A stretch of DNA of 64,000 nt from a virus (IMGVR_UViG_3300029288_000055:234764-298763), one strand, 5' to 3'; shown: positions 17,210-28,668, counted from the first letter of the stretch. The notes: generated by a model not told the origin, from the sequence alone. A program made the numbers and translations.

Positions 17210-18134
17210 TTAATAATTCTTCGGTCTGGGGTCTTCTTTACACCATTTTTGATACAAATCAATCTTTCTTTTCATCATCCTTGCTTCTTTTTGTATTTCA
17301 TCAAGTGATGTTGCAAGCAATATTTTATCGATTGGAAATCCTGATGGCGAACTATCATCAAGATATCTACCAAGGAAAGCATTGCCACTGTCGGCAAGTT
17401 TGTGTATTTCGGGAGAGTTAGGATATAATTCTTTAACTTCTCTGATTAATTCTGGTGTATACATATTATTTAATTTTAAGGGGTTAATACTGATTAAATT
17501 CTGGTATCCAACGTTTTGGAAGTCTTTTAAATGAAAGTGTTACTTTTTTTATTTCTTCTTTATCTGTCTTATAATCAGAATATGGTCTGATCTGATATTT
17601 CCAATCTCTTTTCTTTTTTGTTGGCTTAAAGATACCAATATTATCTTTCCAGAAATCCCAAATATCTCTATGCTGTCCATGCCACCATAATGAATAATTC
17701 ACGAAATAATGTGTGTAATTCTTCTTTAGATATGTTTCAACTTCTTTATAATATCCTCTAAGGACAAAATTACCGTCATTTCGTGAATATACAAAAGCAA
17801 GTGTACGTGCACCACCATACCATTCAGGGTTGCCACTATCTGGGACAAAAATAACGGGATATTGTTTCTCAGATGTTCCTGTTATACTTATAATATGATT
17901 TGCTTTTTCAATTCTTTTAAAACTTTCACGAATATCTTTCATTGTAAATTTTTCACCTGTTATTGGATTAAGACCCCGTGTTTCAGTATCACAATAGAAT
18001 TCACGTTTAGGTAATTGTGAACTTGGCACATCATTACATGTTTTTTGTTTACCACATATTTCACATAAACCAACTGACTTCATTATTGAAGTAGGGTATC
18101 CATTTTCTTTTGCACAATCATCACAGTAAAACAT
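17210..18134 (-). other. Two hypothetical CDSs (17210-17464, 17484-18134); the second has an N-terminal CxxC..CxxC
   Basis: ORF track; minus-strand unit downstream of the RNA cluster. Confidence 0.65.
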
Positions 18135-18161
18135 ATCTTTTCAGTTTTAAATTTAAAAAAA

Positions 18162-18320
18162 GTTTAGGAAGATGTTGAAGTATATCGGTTAGGTTAAGCA
18201 TTATTTATAAGACCAGACTTCAACATCTTTGGGTTAGGTTAAGCAATATATATTAAACCACTTATCTGACTTGAGACAATTTTACCTTGCGATAAATCTA
18301 TCTTTCCTCAAAACCTAAAC
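18162..18320 (-). ncRNA. Candidate structured ncRNA following the tRNA-like RNA
   Basis: Closing GTTTAGG/CCTAAAC, 13-bp stem AAGATGTTGAAGT/ACTTCAACATCTT, 14-nt repeat TGCTTAACCTAACC twice. Confidence 0.55.
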
Positions 18321-18322
18321 AA

Positions 18323-18451
18323 TGGTGGTCTAAGAAGGAATCGAACCTACTGATACATGCGCTTCAGATATCACTCCACGCAGAACTCAATCTCCAACCT
18401 TCCATCAGACTAATTATGCATTTTCATCAAACTTCGGGTGATTGTTAGACC
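18323..18451 (-). ncRNA. Oversized tRNA-like RNA (129 nt, encoded CCA)
   Basis: Acceptor GGTCTAA/TTAGACC-A-CCA, T arm GTAGG-TTCGATT-CCTTC, D-like ATCA/TGAT, stem TGCAT/ATGTA enclosing an insert of about 55 nt; ECF promoter 18476-18504 (-). Confidence 0.75.
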
Positions 18452-18500
18452 ATGTTAAAGAACTTTTGCAAATCCTTATACGAATAAAAATATAAAAAGG

Positions 18501-19063
18501 TTACACTTTATTTAAATTAATATGAAAATGTCTTTTACATTCTTTGGCATATACCTGAGTTTCCTTGATTTGCACATCAAAATCTGTACTTACATTAAAA
18601 AACATTGAACTGACATTTACTGGCAATCCATCAGGATATGGTGTGGTAATACTAAACCAAAGATTTTTGCCAAGTCCACTATCCTCAACATTAAAAGAAT
18701 TATTTTCCATCAACTCCAGTGCATAATTGAGTTGCTTGTACAAATCAACCTCATCTTTACTGTGCTCAACAGAAGTGTTAATATTTAACATTCTGTTATC
18801 AAATACACTCAACATAATATTTAATTTTTAACTTCTGCTCCTGTTGACGATATCGTGATATTAACATTAATATATTCAATAGGTGTTACTGGTCTGAAAT
18901 AAATGTTATGATGAATTTCATCATCTTTTTCTTCATATTTTTCTCTTATTTCACCAATAAATTTACCTTTGTAATAACATTTACCATCTTCATCAATTGT
19001 ATATCTGGTTGCATGTTTTTCATCATGACAAATTAACGCCAACATTAGATTATTTATTATCAT
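18501..19063 (-). other. Two hypothetical CDSs (18501-18815, 18821-19063)
   Basis: ORF track, same strand and adjacent. Confidence 0.6.
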
Positions 19064-19181
19064 TTATATATATTTTAATACAACAAAAGTAAGTAATCTT
19101 TATTTAAAATCATAATATTTTATGAAAAATTATAAATTCAAAAGTATTTATATCTGAATAGCAAGTAGATATAAAAAAACT

Positions 19182-19469
19182 TTGTCTATGACTGATATAA
19201 AACTCAAAGATATCAAAGATAGTTTTATCTTATTTTTCGCCCAAATGTTATCATTTGCCATTATTACTATAAACTATAGAGCCATAGCTCAAGCAAGTTA
19301 TATATGGTCAGCATCAACAGATATTGTGGTTGCAGGTTTATCATATTTTGTTGTTAGAAGAATTGCTAAATCAAAAGATAGCATCTTCCAATGGATTGGT
19401 TTTACGTTAGGTAGTGCTATTGGAACAATCATTGGTATATTTATTTCTTTATTAATTCTTGGTAGTTAA
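19182..19469 (+). CDS. Small multi-pass membrane protein
   Basis: Three hydrophobic segments; G-rich GFTLGSAIGTIIG. Confidence 0.65.
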   Translation: MSMTDIKLKDIKDSFILFFAQMLSFAIITINYRAIAQASYIWSASTDIVVAGLSYFVVRRIAKSKDSIFQWIGFTLGSAIGTIIGIFISLLILGS

Positions 19470-19532
19470 TGCATCATTAATATAAAGATGTCGTCTTTAA
19501 GTAAAATAAACATTTATTTAATAACAACAGCC

Positions 19533-19751
19533 ATGAGTATATTAAAAAAAACAAAAAAAAGAGTAATTGCTGGAGTTTGTGGTGGCATAGCCAAATTCAT
19601 TGACCCAGACATCAATCCACTTGGAATAAGACTGTTATGGTTTTTTCTTGGATTATTTCATCCAATTTGCATGATATTGATTTATGTGTTTCTTGCTGCA
19701 ACATTAAGAACAGAATTATCAATTTTTCAAGACGAAATTCCAAGGATATAA
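19533..19751 (+). CDS. PspC-domain protein
   Basis: LKKTKKRVIAGVCGGIAKF...IRLLW...Y..LA, the PspC signature. Confidence 0.8.
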   Translation: MSILKKTKKRVIAGVCGGIAKFIDPDINPLGIRLLWFFLGLFHPICMILIYVFLAATLRTELSIFQDEIPRI

Positions 19752-19860
19752 TCTTGATAACGTTAAATATCTTTTACAAAAAACTATATGATTGTAAAAG
19801 ATATTTAACGTTATGCCAATCTGCTTTCTTACAGTATTTATGATAAATTATCATAGATAT

Positions 19861-20844
19861 ATGTTATCGTTCCAGACACAACCCGATGTAGTTAAAGAAA
19901 TGCAGGATATTATTAATTCTGGTAAGTTCTTTTCTGTTACTTTTATTAAAAAAGACGGTTCGATCAGATTTGTCAATGGTCATAAAATTATATACCAAAA
20001 CACATCACCCAGCACAGAGAATAGAGGTAAATTTAATAGGTTAGATCAAAATATATTATTGATTTGGGATAACAACAGAATTAATGATCTTACAGGAGAA
20101 AAAGGACAATATATCTCCGTAAAATTAGAAAGGTTATTATTTTTCAAAGCAGGACAATTCATTCGTAACTTTACAGAAGAAAACAAAGATGTAGTTCGTG
20201 CAGCAAAAATAACACCTGAACAAATGCAACAAATAAAATCAAAAATGAAAATTGACGGTATCGTACAAGAAGAAATCCAGAGTCTCTATGAAGACTTTGA
20301 TTATCAAAAAGTTCTTGGTAAAGTAATAGCAACCACACAACAAATAATTGATAAAGCAAATACAGATGACATACTTGCAATCGAACCTGATAGTACTTGG
20401 GAGAGCAATTACAAATTTGAAAGTATAAGACTTATGAGTACTCAATTAGTAGTTAAATACTTAGAAAATAACGGTAAAGGTTGGGAAAAGAAAACTGATA
20501 TTACCAATTTAACACAAGATAGAAATAATAATTTTCAAGATGCTAAATATATGCTATCTTGGATTAGAAGAGCAATAAAAAAAGGTTATACTGCAGAACG
20601 TAAAGATATGAAAATACAGGATAAATTAAATTTGCAAGAAGCACCCGAATTACTTGGTATACCTGAACTTGCAGATTATCTTTCAAGAGTAGACCCGAAT
20701 CTTACTCCAGAGGATATGCAAGGTATGATGCAACAAGAATATCAACAAGGCGGTGACGAAGCAATAAGAAAATTTTTCTATGAACAATCAAAAGGTATTG
20801 ATTTACAAATTCTCGGCAGAGGTAAATATGCATTTAAATACTAA
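19861..20844 (+). CDS. Protein with N-terminal SH3-like beta-barrel (FSVTFIKKDGS.R) and C-terminal extensions
   Basis: GKFFSVTFIKKDGSIRFVNG; internal IVQEEI motif; TATTTAT upstream. Confidence 0.55.
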   Translation: MLSFQTQPDVVKEMQDIINSGKFFSVTFIKKDGSIRFVNGHKIIYQNTSPSTENRGKFNRLDQNILLIWDNNRINDLTGEKGQYISVKLERLLFFKAGQFIRNFTEENKDVVRAAKITPEQMQQIKSKMKIDGIVQEEIQSLYEDFDYQKVLGKVIATTQQIIDKANTDDILAIEPDSTWESNYKFESIRLMSTQLVVKYLENNGKGWEKKTDITNLTQDRNNNFQDAKYMLSWIRRAIKKGYTAERKDMKIQDKLNLQEAPELLGIPELADYLSRVDPNLTPEDMQGMMQQEYQQGGDEAIRKFFYEQSKGIDLQILGRGKYAFKY

Positions 20845-20849
20845 TTAAT

Positions 20850-21755
20850 ATGGACAATTTTTATTATGTTTTAATTAAGAACGACTGTACTGTTGTTCAT
20901 AATATATTTGCAACTTCCCATAAAGACCTGATTGCAAAATACATTACACCAGAAGATGTAAAAGACAAGACATATTTCAAAGCAATGTACAGTCCAAAAG
21001 ATGGATACAGACTTGATGACTTGGATAATTATCAATTGATTATCAATGAAGTCTATGTTCCTGAATGGTTTAAAGGAACACTGGCAAAAAATATTATGAT
21101 TAAGCTCAAAGATATTATTAGTTCAATGATAATCAGAAATCATCGCCAGCTTATGTTACATGAAGGAGGTATCTTAGTTAGCAAAGCAATGGTTAGTGAA
21201 ATGAAACATTCAATTATATTCGCCATGTATGACGAATCAGTGGTTGACGTACTTGACAACAGTTCTGAGGTTCGTTATATGACAGATGACAGCTATATTG
21301 TTGATATGAGAGATTCAACCCATGTCGATGAAATGCTTGGTTTTTCTAAGGTAAAACAAATGCACAATTATAGCAAGGTCGTTAAAATGTACGGGCAGTC
21401 AAAAATCGGAGAAATGTTTGATCATTCACGCATTTTAATGCTTAAAGGTGATGCCAATATTCTTGAAATGCATGGCACTTCACAAGCAGACAGACTTAAA
21501 CACATGTCGTGTGTATCTGAAATGCACGGTCATAGTGTAATCGAAGAAATGTGGGATTGGACGGTGGTTGAAAAAATGTTTGATCAAAGCCATATAAATT
21601 ATATGGACGAAGATAGCAAAGTACTTGAAATGCACGATGAATCGATGATCGAATTTATGTGCGGAAATGCAATCATTGAAAAGCTATATGAAAACTCATT
21701 GGTGCGCAAACTGACTGAGGCAGCCAAAATACTCGAACAAAAATTAAATAATTAA
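20850..21755 (+). CDS. Beta-solenoid-like protein with a 9-residue repeat
   Basis: About 19 repeats of x-(D/G)-x-S-x-(V/I)-x-x-M, e.g. RDSTHVDEM, HNYSKVVKM, FDQSHINYM. Confidence 0.7.
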   Translation: MDNFYYVLIKNDCTVVHNIFATSHKDLIAKYITPEDVKDKTYFKAMYSPKDGYRLDDLDNYQLIINEVYVPEWFKGTLAKNIMIKLKDIISSMIIRNHRQLMLHEGGILVSKAMVSEMKHSIIFAMYDESVVDVLDNSSEVRYMTDDSYIVDMRDSTHVDEMLGFSKVKQMHNYSKVVKMYGQSKIGEMFDHSRILMLKGDANILEMHGTSQADRLKHMSCVSEMHGHSVIEEMWDWTVVEKMFDQSHINYMDEDSKVLEMHDESMIEFMCGNAIIEKLYENSLVRKLTEAAKILEQKLNN

Positions 21756-21814
21756 AATTTATCTTTGCATTTTAATTTCAATTGCATATCTTTGTCACTG
21801 CAAATCGATATGCA

Positions 21815-23816
21815 ATGAAAAATAAAATTAGAAAAGTTCTCTTAGATACTCTCAAGTCATCATATGATAATGGTGACATTGATGACGGTGGTATCATAGG
21901 CGGTGATAATGCCGTTGATCAGCTTTACGATTTATTTGTTGATGAAGCAACATTTGTAAGGCATCTTGAAAACTCAACAGTTCTTTACCCAGAAAAGAAA
22001 ACCAAAAAAATTGGTGATATTCTTTACACAAACTCAAAGACTGGTAAAACACAAAAACTTTTTGATACCCTTATTCCAGTATTCGGTGTTCGTTGTGATG
22101 ATACAATTACTATTGGAGATAAAGGTTGTTCAGTTTATTACACTATCCAAGCAAAAGATGAAGAAGAAGCAATTGCTAAAGCACTAAAGAATAAAGAATT
22201 CACCAAGCATATCAGAATGAAAAATTTTGACAGAAAATATTTGAGTGTTTACAAACCAACTGGCAATTATGTAATTGGTAAAGTAAACTATTATGAGGGA
22301 GATGAAAGACTATGATAACTGTAAGCAAAGAAACAATAAGCGAACAGCAACTGAAAGATATTACAAAAAATTATCTCGGCATCAGGTACAAGACAAATAA
22401 AGATGGTAGCTTTGAAGCATATGCAAATGCTTGGACTATTATTATTGACATATATTTAAAAATATTTAAATGAAAATAATAAAACTTGACGAAAATAATC
22501 CTTACACATACCAACTATATGATGCATTGGATGCAATAATATTCTTTGGTAATGAACGTCTGCCTTGGATATTTCTTAAGAAAGTCAGTCTTGATGGAAA
22601 AATTTTACAGTTGCCAAGATGGATAACAAAAAGACAAATGGATATAATTGATGAAGACGTACAAAAATTAATGAATGAATTAAATTGGGAATAAAATGGA
22701 ATCGCCAGAAGTAAAAAAACAGAAACTTATTGCACAGTTAGTTGCAGCAGTAAACAGACACATTAATCAAACAGGAGAAGCTGGGACAGCAAATTATGTT
22801 CAAGTACCTGACAAGAACATTGAAGCTATTGCAAGGAAATTTGGTGTTAGTGTTGCAGATGCACAGCAAATGCTTAAAGATTATTTTGCAAATCAACTGA
22901 ACTAACATGATACTATTTCTTAGAAACGACAAAAGAGAATCGATTGTAGATATCGATTGTTATGTAAAAACAGAAGAAGAAAGAAAATTTGTTGAATTAC
23001 ATGCAAGCGTAATCATCAAACCTTACTCTGAGTTTCTTCTGAAGAATCTCGACAGGAAGGATGAAATCATTTCTGACTTCTCTGAAATTGATGAACTTCG
23101 TGGCTGGCTCTGGGAGTCATACTTCATGGGCGGTGATAACGACCCCAAAGAATATGATAACATTATCGAAATCCTTAGAAAAAAACTTAAGGAAATTGCA
23201 ACTAAATATAAATTAGCATACGTGGAGGATTGATATGGCAAAAACTTATTATTACGCAATAGTAAATAAAAACGGTAATTTAGTTATTCTTGAAGGTAAC
23301 TTACCAATCTATTGGAACAAGCAAGTTGCAATCAGAGAAAGAATCGAAAGATGTGGAGATTCTGACAGAATAGTTAAAATAAGAATATCAGACCTTGTAA
23401 AATTATTTGAATCAAACAAATTAGCACAAAATAATTAAAAAATTAGTTTTATGAAAAACATAAAATCATCACCAAATTTTAGACAAAATTATCAAGAACA
23501 ATTATCAGAAAAATCAGAACTAAAAAGAGATGCTGAATTAGTTGAAGAATTAGTTAATAATAATCCTCTTGAACTTATAGAGATCGTGTCACAAGAAAGA
23601 AATACGATATTTTTCATGGTAAATGATAATTTATCTCAACCAATATTGAAACTTTGCGAAAATGGTGATATTTTTGTCAAAGGAAAACTTGCAGAGAATG
23701 ATAAACAAGTTACGGATGCAATGAGAGAATTTCTCAGAAGTCAGGGATTTATAATTGATCATTATCCTGATGAAAAAAGTGGTTATCCTTCAAGACGTAA
23801 CGCAGATTTACCGTAA
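21815..23816 (+). other. Cluster of small hypothetical CDSs (21815-22315, 22470-22694, 22696-22905, 22907-23233, 23235-23438, 23451-23816)
   Basis: Densely packed ORFs with 1-15 nt gaps. Confidence 0.65.
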
Positions 23817-24470
23817 ATGAAACAATATCCTGAAATAAATTACTATGGTGATTATTGGGGTCTGCCTGTAATTGCATTCGAAAAACTCGATGGTAGCAAC
23901 ATGCGTTTCGAATACAGTCATAAAAGAGGCTTCTATAAATTCGGCACAAGAGGTATGATGATTGATAGATCATCAACTCCCTTTGGCTTTGCCATTAATT
24001 TATTTCTTGAGAAATATAATGAGTCTCTTTGCAAAATATTTAAAACTAAAGATTATAGAAATTCATTAGCCTTTGTATGCTTCGCAGAACTTTATGGATT
24101 TAATTCAGAATTCGGACAGCATGAATTTGGCAAAGATGTGTTTGATATTACTTTATTCGATGTAAGTGAATATAAACATGGTCTAATATCTCCACGACAG
24201 TTTGTAAACGACTTTCAAGAAATTGGTATACCAAAGGTTATTTATGAGGGAAACCTTAACAGAGACTTCGTAAACAGGGTTAAAACAAATGAGTTTGGTT
24301 TGAAGGAAGGTGTGGTAGCAAAGGGCACAATTCCAAGAAAAAAATCTGGCGAAAATCTTTATTATTGCAAGATCAAAACAGATGGTTGGTTTGAACGTTT
24401 AAGAGCAAGAAGACCAGATTTATATAGTACTGAATCTAAACAATTACTTCACGATACAAAACAACAATAA
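23817..24470 (+). CDS. RNA ligase, Rnl2-like nucleotidyltransferase domain
   Basis: Motif I EKLDGSN, FAELYG, LFDV, motif IV EGVV, motif V KIK. Confidence 0.8.
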   Translation: MKQYPEINYYGDYWGLPVIAFEKLDGSNMRFEYSHKRGFYKFGTRGMMIDRSSTPFGFAINLFLEKYNESLCKIFKTKDYRNSLAFVCFAELYGFNSEFGQHEFGKDVFDITLFDVSEYKHGLISPRQFVNDFQEIGIPKVIYEGNLNRDFVNRVKTNEFGLKEGVVAKGTIPRKKSGENLYYCKIKTDGWFERLRARRPDLYSTESKQLLHDTKQQ

Positions 24471-24500
24471 AACAATATAAATAACATTAAAAAATTTATT

Positions 24501-26210
24501 ATGAAAACAAAGGTTAAAGCAATTTTTAAAGGTTCTGATGGTTCGTTGGGTTATATAGCAAATCACGAATATGAATTTATTGTTAAAGAAGATAATGATA
24601 AGTTCATTCATATTGAAAGTAAACCACATATCGATAAAAGTGGCAAAACATTTACTGGATGTGTATATGGTTCAATAATTGCATTTCTTAATAATTGGGA
24701 TAATATAAGACGCATATGACAACAGCAGAAAAATTTAATAAAATTTACAGCAATGGCTGGTTTCAAATCTATAATACGCCACGACATATCGGTGGTGGTG
24801 AATGGGATGAAAGAATCCTATGGAAACATGTTGGTATGCCAAATCAGGAAACCATAAGAGAATGTGAATGGGAAGGCTTCAGAGATATTGATGATTGTCT
24901 TGACGATTGTCTTAAATATGTTGATACACTATTAAAAAAAGAATAATTATGGAAGTATGTTTTAGAATCAGAGAAACAAAAAACAGTGCTGGAGAAACTG
25001 TTTATAAACCAGAAAGAATATATATACATCCTAATCCTGTAAATATGATTGCTGGTCAGAAGCCAAAAGAAGAAAAATGGGTAAATATTACTTATGGATT
25101 TGGTTGTCCTTGGTATATGGACTTTGAAGCTGCAAAAAATAGAATCAAAGAATATGTGGAAGAACACAAAAAAGCAACAGAAAAATTCTTCATGATGGAT
25201 GAGTTCAATTTTATTAGTAAAGATGAAGTATCTGAACAAGAACCAGTAGTATATAATCATGCCTTTACAGAAATTCATCAGATTCTCGCATATCTTAAAA
25301 GTAAAGGAGTTAGCGATCAATATCTTATACAGGGTTTGGAAAATTCTATCAAAGAAAGATATTATTTTGTTAAAGGTGGTAATGTATACTGTGGTTAATT
25401 AAAAAAGATTATTATGGCAGCAAGATATACAAAAAACATTCCAGATTCAGTATATTTTTATTCGGTAGGCAACGGTTGGTGGGCGGGTCCGTTCGTAAAA
25501 CCACAACGTGGTCGAGATTGTGTTGAATATCGCCTTGAACTAATCAATAAACCAATTACATCTGGTAATTTCAGTCCTGAAATCAATGCTGCAATCATAG
25601 CACTTAATATAAAGGGTGAAAAATTAAAAAAGAAAATAGCTGAAATAGAAGATAAAAGACCCATGCTTACTCAGAAAGAACTTGACAGACTCACAAAATG
25701 GCTTCAATCTGATGAAGGCAGGAAAAAGATCAGGGAAAGTCAAGATAAGGCAGATGCTGTCTGCCGAATCATTGATAGCATGAATGAAATCGACCCAAAA
25801 ATATTAACTGAACCTTATAATATATAATATCATATGAATGAAGCAAGAGAAATAAGAAGATTAGTTAAAATAAAATCTTTTATTAAATAGTTATGGAAGA
25901 AAAAAAGGAAGTTAAACCATTTCAAATTGATTTTAAGTGTCCAAAGTGTCCAATTGGTTATCTCAGACCAACAGGAATTGCAATAGGCGGAACTCCACTC
26001 AGATATCCTCATATTTGTAACAATCCTGAATGTGACTATAAAGAAATTATGAAAGGTAAAATATATCCACATGTAATATATGAACCGTTATTCAATAATA
26101 TATATGAAAAAGATAATAATAATATTGAATACGTACATGGTAAAGACTATGTTGACAACAATGGACATTTATTTATTGGTACAAAAACTGAAAAATCAAG
26201 CAGCAAATAA
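24501..26210 (+). other. Hypothetical CDSs (24501-24719, 24716-24946, 24949-25398, 25414-25827, 25893-26210)
   Basis: ORF track; the last has CPKC..HxCxxxxC. Confidence 0.65.
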
Positions 26211-27121
26211 TGGAAAATATTGCAAATAAAGTAACAATTTATGGTGTTAAATCGGGAGAATCTTATCGCTATATCGGAAAATTAGGAAAAATAGCAAAAG
26301 ATAATGTCTTCAATAACTCTGATGTTCATTACCAATATACAAATAACAAAATTAGAAACATTTTTACATGTGATATTGCTAATAATGATGTTAACGTATT
26401 GCCAATTAAAATTGTGTTAAATGATCAGTGGTATAACGAAAAACTGAAAGAAGTCCTTGCATATTATAATAAAAATCACCCCCTTGTAAATGCTCAATGG
26501 ATGCTTGATGGTAAACGTGGTTATTGGGAAGGAAAAGAAAGAGATAAATTTACACTATCAAGATTATCAGAAAGTAAATTCAAAAAAGTTTATCAATATG
26601 ATGATAAAGGGGACTTAGTTAAAATTTGGCGTTCTGGCAAAGCTGCTGCAACAATGATATTCAAAGATTATCAAATAATTAAAGGTGCTGGTACAACTGA
26701 ACTATATAATGTTCTGGGAAGAACCATATTAAAAAATAAATTTTCTCATGGTTATTATTGGTTCTGGGAAGAAGACTTGAAAAAAATCTATACTCCAAAT
26801 CCAATACCCCGTCATATTTATCTTTACGGAATTAATTTAGAACAACATAAAAAACGATCAATCATCAGAAAACATACTGTTGTTAAAAATATGCAAAAAT
26901 ATTGTGTACACCATCTTGATACAGAAGGACATGTATTTTATACTTACAAGAATACCAATCAGGCAGCATTTATGCTAAAAACAACTGTACATATAATACA
27001 AAAAATTTGTAGAGGTACTATAAAAAACAATTACTATATTCTTAAATACGGTAAAAAATCATTACAACCAGTTAATGAGAAATATCCAGATTATGTAATC
27101 GAACCATTAAGAAAGTCATAA
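26210..27121 (+). CDS. NUMOD1-containing, homing-endonuclease-related protein
   Basis: KKVYQYDDKGDLVKIWRSGKAAA and a second similar repeat; degenerate GIY-like start IYGVK...YRYIG. Confidence 0.6.
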   Translation: MENIANKVTIYGVKSGESYRYIGKLGKIAKDNVFNNSDVHYQYTNNKIRNIFTCDIANNDVNVLPIKIVLNDQWYNEKLKEVLAYYNKNHPLVNAQWMLDGKRGYWEGKERDKFTLSRLSESKFKKVYQYDDKGDLVKIWRSGKAAATMIFKDYQIIKGAGTTELYNVLGRTILKNKFSHGYYWFWEEDLKKIYTPNPIPRHIYLYGINLEQHKKRSIIRKHTVVKNMQKYCVHHLDTEGHVFYTYKNTNQAAFMLKTTVHIIQKICRGTIKNNYYILKYGKKSLQPVNEKYPDYVIEPLRKS

Positions 27122-27203
27122 AAGTAATAATAAATCATTTAATTACAATATTCAAATCTTTATTTTAACAGGTTAAAGTAGTATTTATTATAAACCTTTT
27201 ATT

Positions 27204-27779
27204 ATGAATCTTAATAAAATTATAAAAGAAGAATATATGAATATGAATGATATTATAGTCTGGCACGGAAGCACAAAAAAATTTGATCAGTTCGATATAA
27301 ATATGGTAGGCACAGGAGATCAGAATAGTCTTGGTGGCTGGGGAATATATTTCTCTGACAACAAAGCTGTAAGTCAAAGATATTATCTCCCTTCTGGACA
27401 GCTTAAACAATATAAACTTCGTTCAGGTGATTATTTTGACTTTGATAATCCCGTTGAAGAAGGTGAAACAAGTAAAATGTTAAATGCTCTTCAAAGATTA
27501 AAAATTAATTCTAAAGACTTACAAGAATTTGAAGAAAATTATGTACATACTGATTACCCACCAACAAATAAAAATCTTTATGATTGGTTGGCATATATGC
27601 TAAAAAATGAAAAGAACGCCAGTTTATTTCTTGCCAAGTTAGGTTATATTGGAAATACTATGATAGATCGCTGGGAGAGAGAAGCCAGAAATTATGTTGT
27701 GTTCGACATAGATACTATAATGGGTGAAGTTGAACCTGACGAAGAAAATTTTAATGAACCAAATGAACAAGACTATTAA
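27204..27779 (+). CDS. ADP-ribosyltransferase-like (ART-PolyVal type) protein
   Basis: VWHGS..KFDQF....GTG....GWGIYFSDN..V...Y...NYVVFD; IIKEE leader. Confidence 0.7.
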   Translation: MNLNKIIKEEYMNMNDIIVWHGSTKKFDQFDINMVGTGDQNSLGGWGIYFSDNKAVSQRYYLPSGQLKQYKLRSGDYFDFDNPVEEGETSKMLNALQRLKINSKDLQEFEENYVHTDYPPTNKNLYDWLAYMLKNEKNASLFLAKLGYIGNTMIDRWEREARNYVVFDIDTIMGEVEPDEENFNEPNEQDY

Positions 27780-28401
27780 GGATATTATCAACGAAGAACT
27801 CGAAAACCTTACCCTTAATCCAAATGTTTCAAGAAGCAGTGGATTAAGCACTAAATTAGTTTATCTTAGTGTTGACAAATCATACGCTAATGCTTATGCA
27901 AATGGACAAACCAGTGCAGCGCATGTATATAAATTTCCGATAAATAATGGTGTGCTCTTTTATATATGTTTATCCGAAGATGCTGAACATTATGGTGGTG
28001 ATGTCTGGATAAGTGGTTTTAAAAACGAAATAATATCCGATATAGAAAATTATTTGCAGGATAAAGAATATAGTATTAGCAATACTACACAATATTTTCT
28101 TGAATATACAAGATATAATCTTGATAATATGACTCCAGAAGATATTAATAACTTATTATTATATTTGAAAGCAGATAATTTATCGATGATTTCACCACTT
28201 GACTGGTCAGACTTACAAGAAAGTGAACAAGGATATAGCGAAGTATGTGTTAAAAAAATAACACCAGAAGAAATTATTAAAGTGGAAATTTATCAAAATG
28301 GTGAAATTATAAAAACTATAAAAGGAACATATGATCATGATTGTGAAATCCCGTTTTATCATGGCTCGCCACTTAGCTACTGGCAACACTTGTTAAAATA
28401 A
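27763..28401 (+). CDS. ART-like protein, apparently circularly permuted
   Basis: VYLSVDKSYANAYA near the N-terminus, EVCV, and FYHGS at the extreme C-terminus; IINEELE leader. Confidence 0.45.
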   Translation: MNKTIKDIINEELENLTLNPNVSRSSGLSTKLVYLSVDKSYANAYANGQTSAAHVYKFPINNGVLFYICLSEDAEHYGGDVWISGFKNEIISDIENYLQDKEYSISNTTQYFLEYTRYNLDNMTPEDINNLLLYLKADNLSMISPLDWSDLQESEQGYSEVCVKKITPEEIIKVEIYQNGEIIKTIKGTYDHDCEIPFYHGSPLSYWQHLLK

Positions 28402-28440
28402 AATAATAATATTACTTTTGTGAATTAAATAACATATATT

Positions 28441-28668
28441 ATGTTTAATCTTTTTACAACATTATTAACAATTTTTGTATTTATTGGACTAATTGCAATA
28501 GTTTATTCTTTTCTTGGAATATTTATGTATGACAAAAAAAAGAGAATTATAGTAACTATTGTAATTGCTTTATTGGGATTATCAATTTATTTTTATGAGA
28601 CTAATAAACATACTGTTTATATGAAAGAAGATGTACTATATATTAAACCAAAAGATAATACAAAATAG
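28441..28668 (+). CDS. Small two-TM membrane protein
   Basis: Two hydrophobic segments. Confidence 0.6.
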   Translation: MFNLFTTLLTIFVFIGLIAIVYSFLGIFMYDKKKRIIVTIVIALLGLSIYFYETNKHTVYMKEDVLYIKPKDNTK

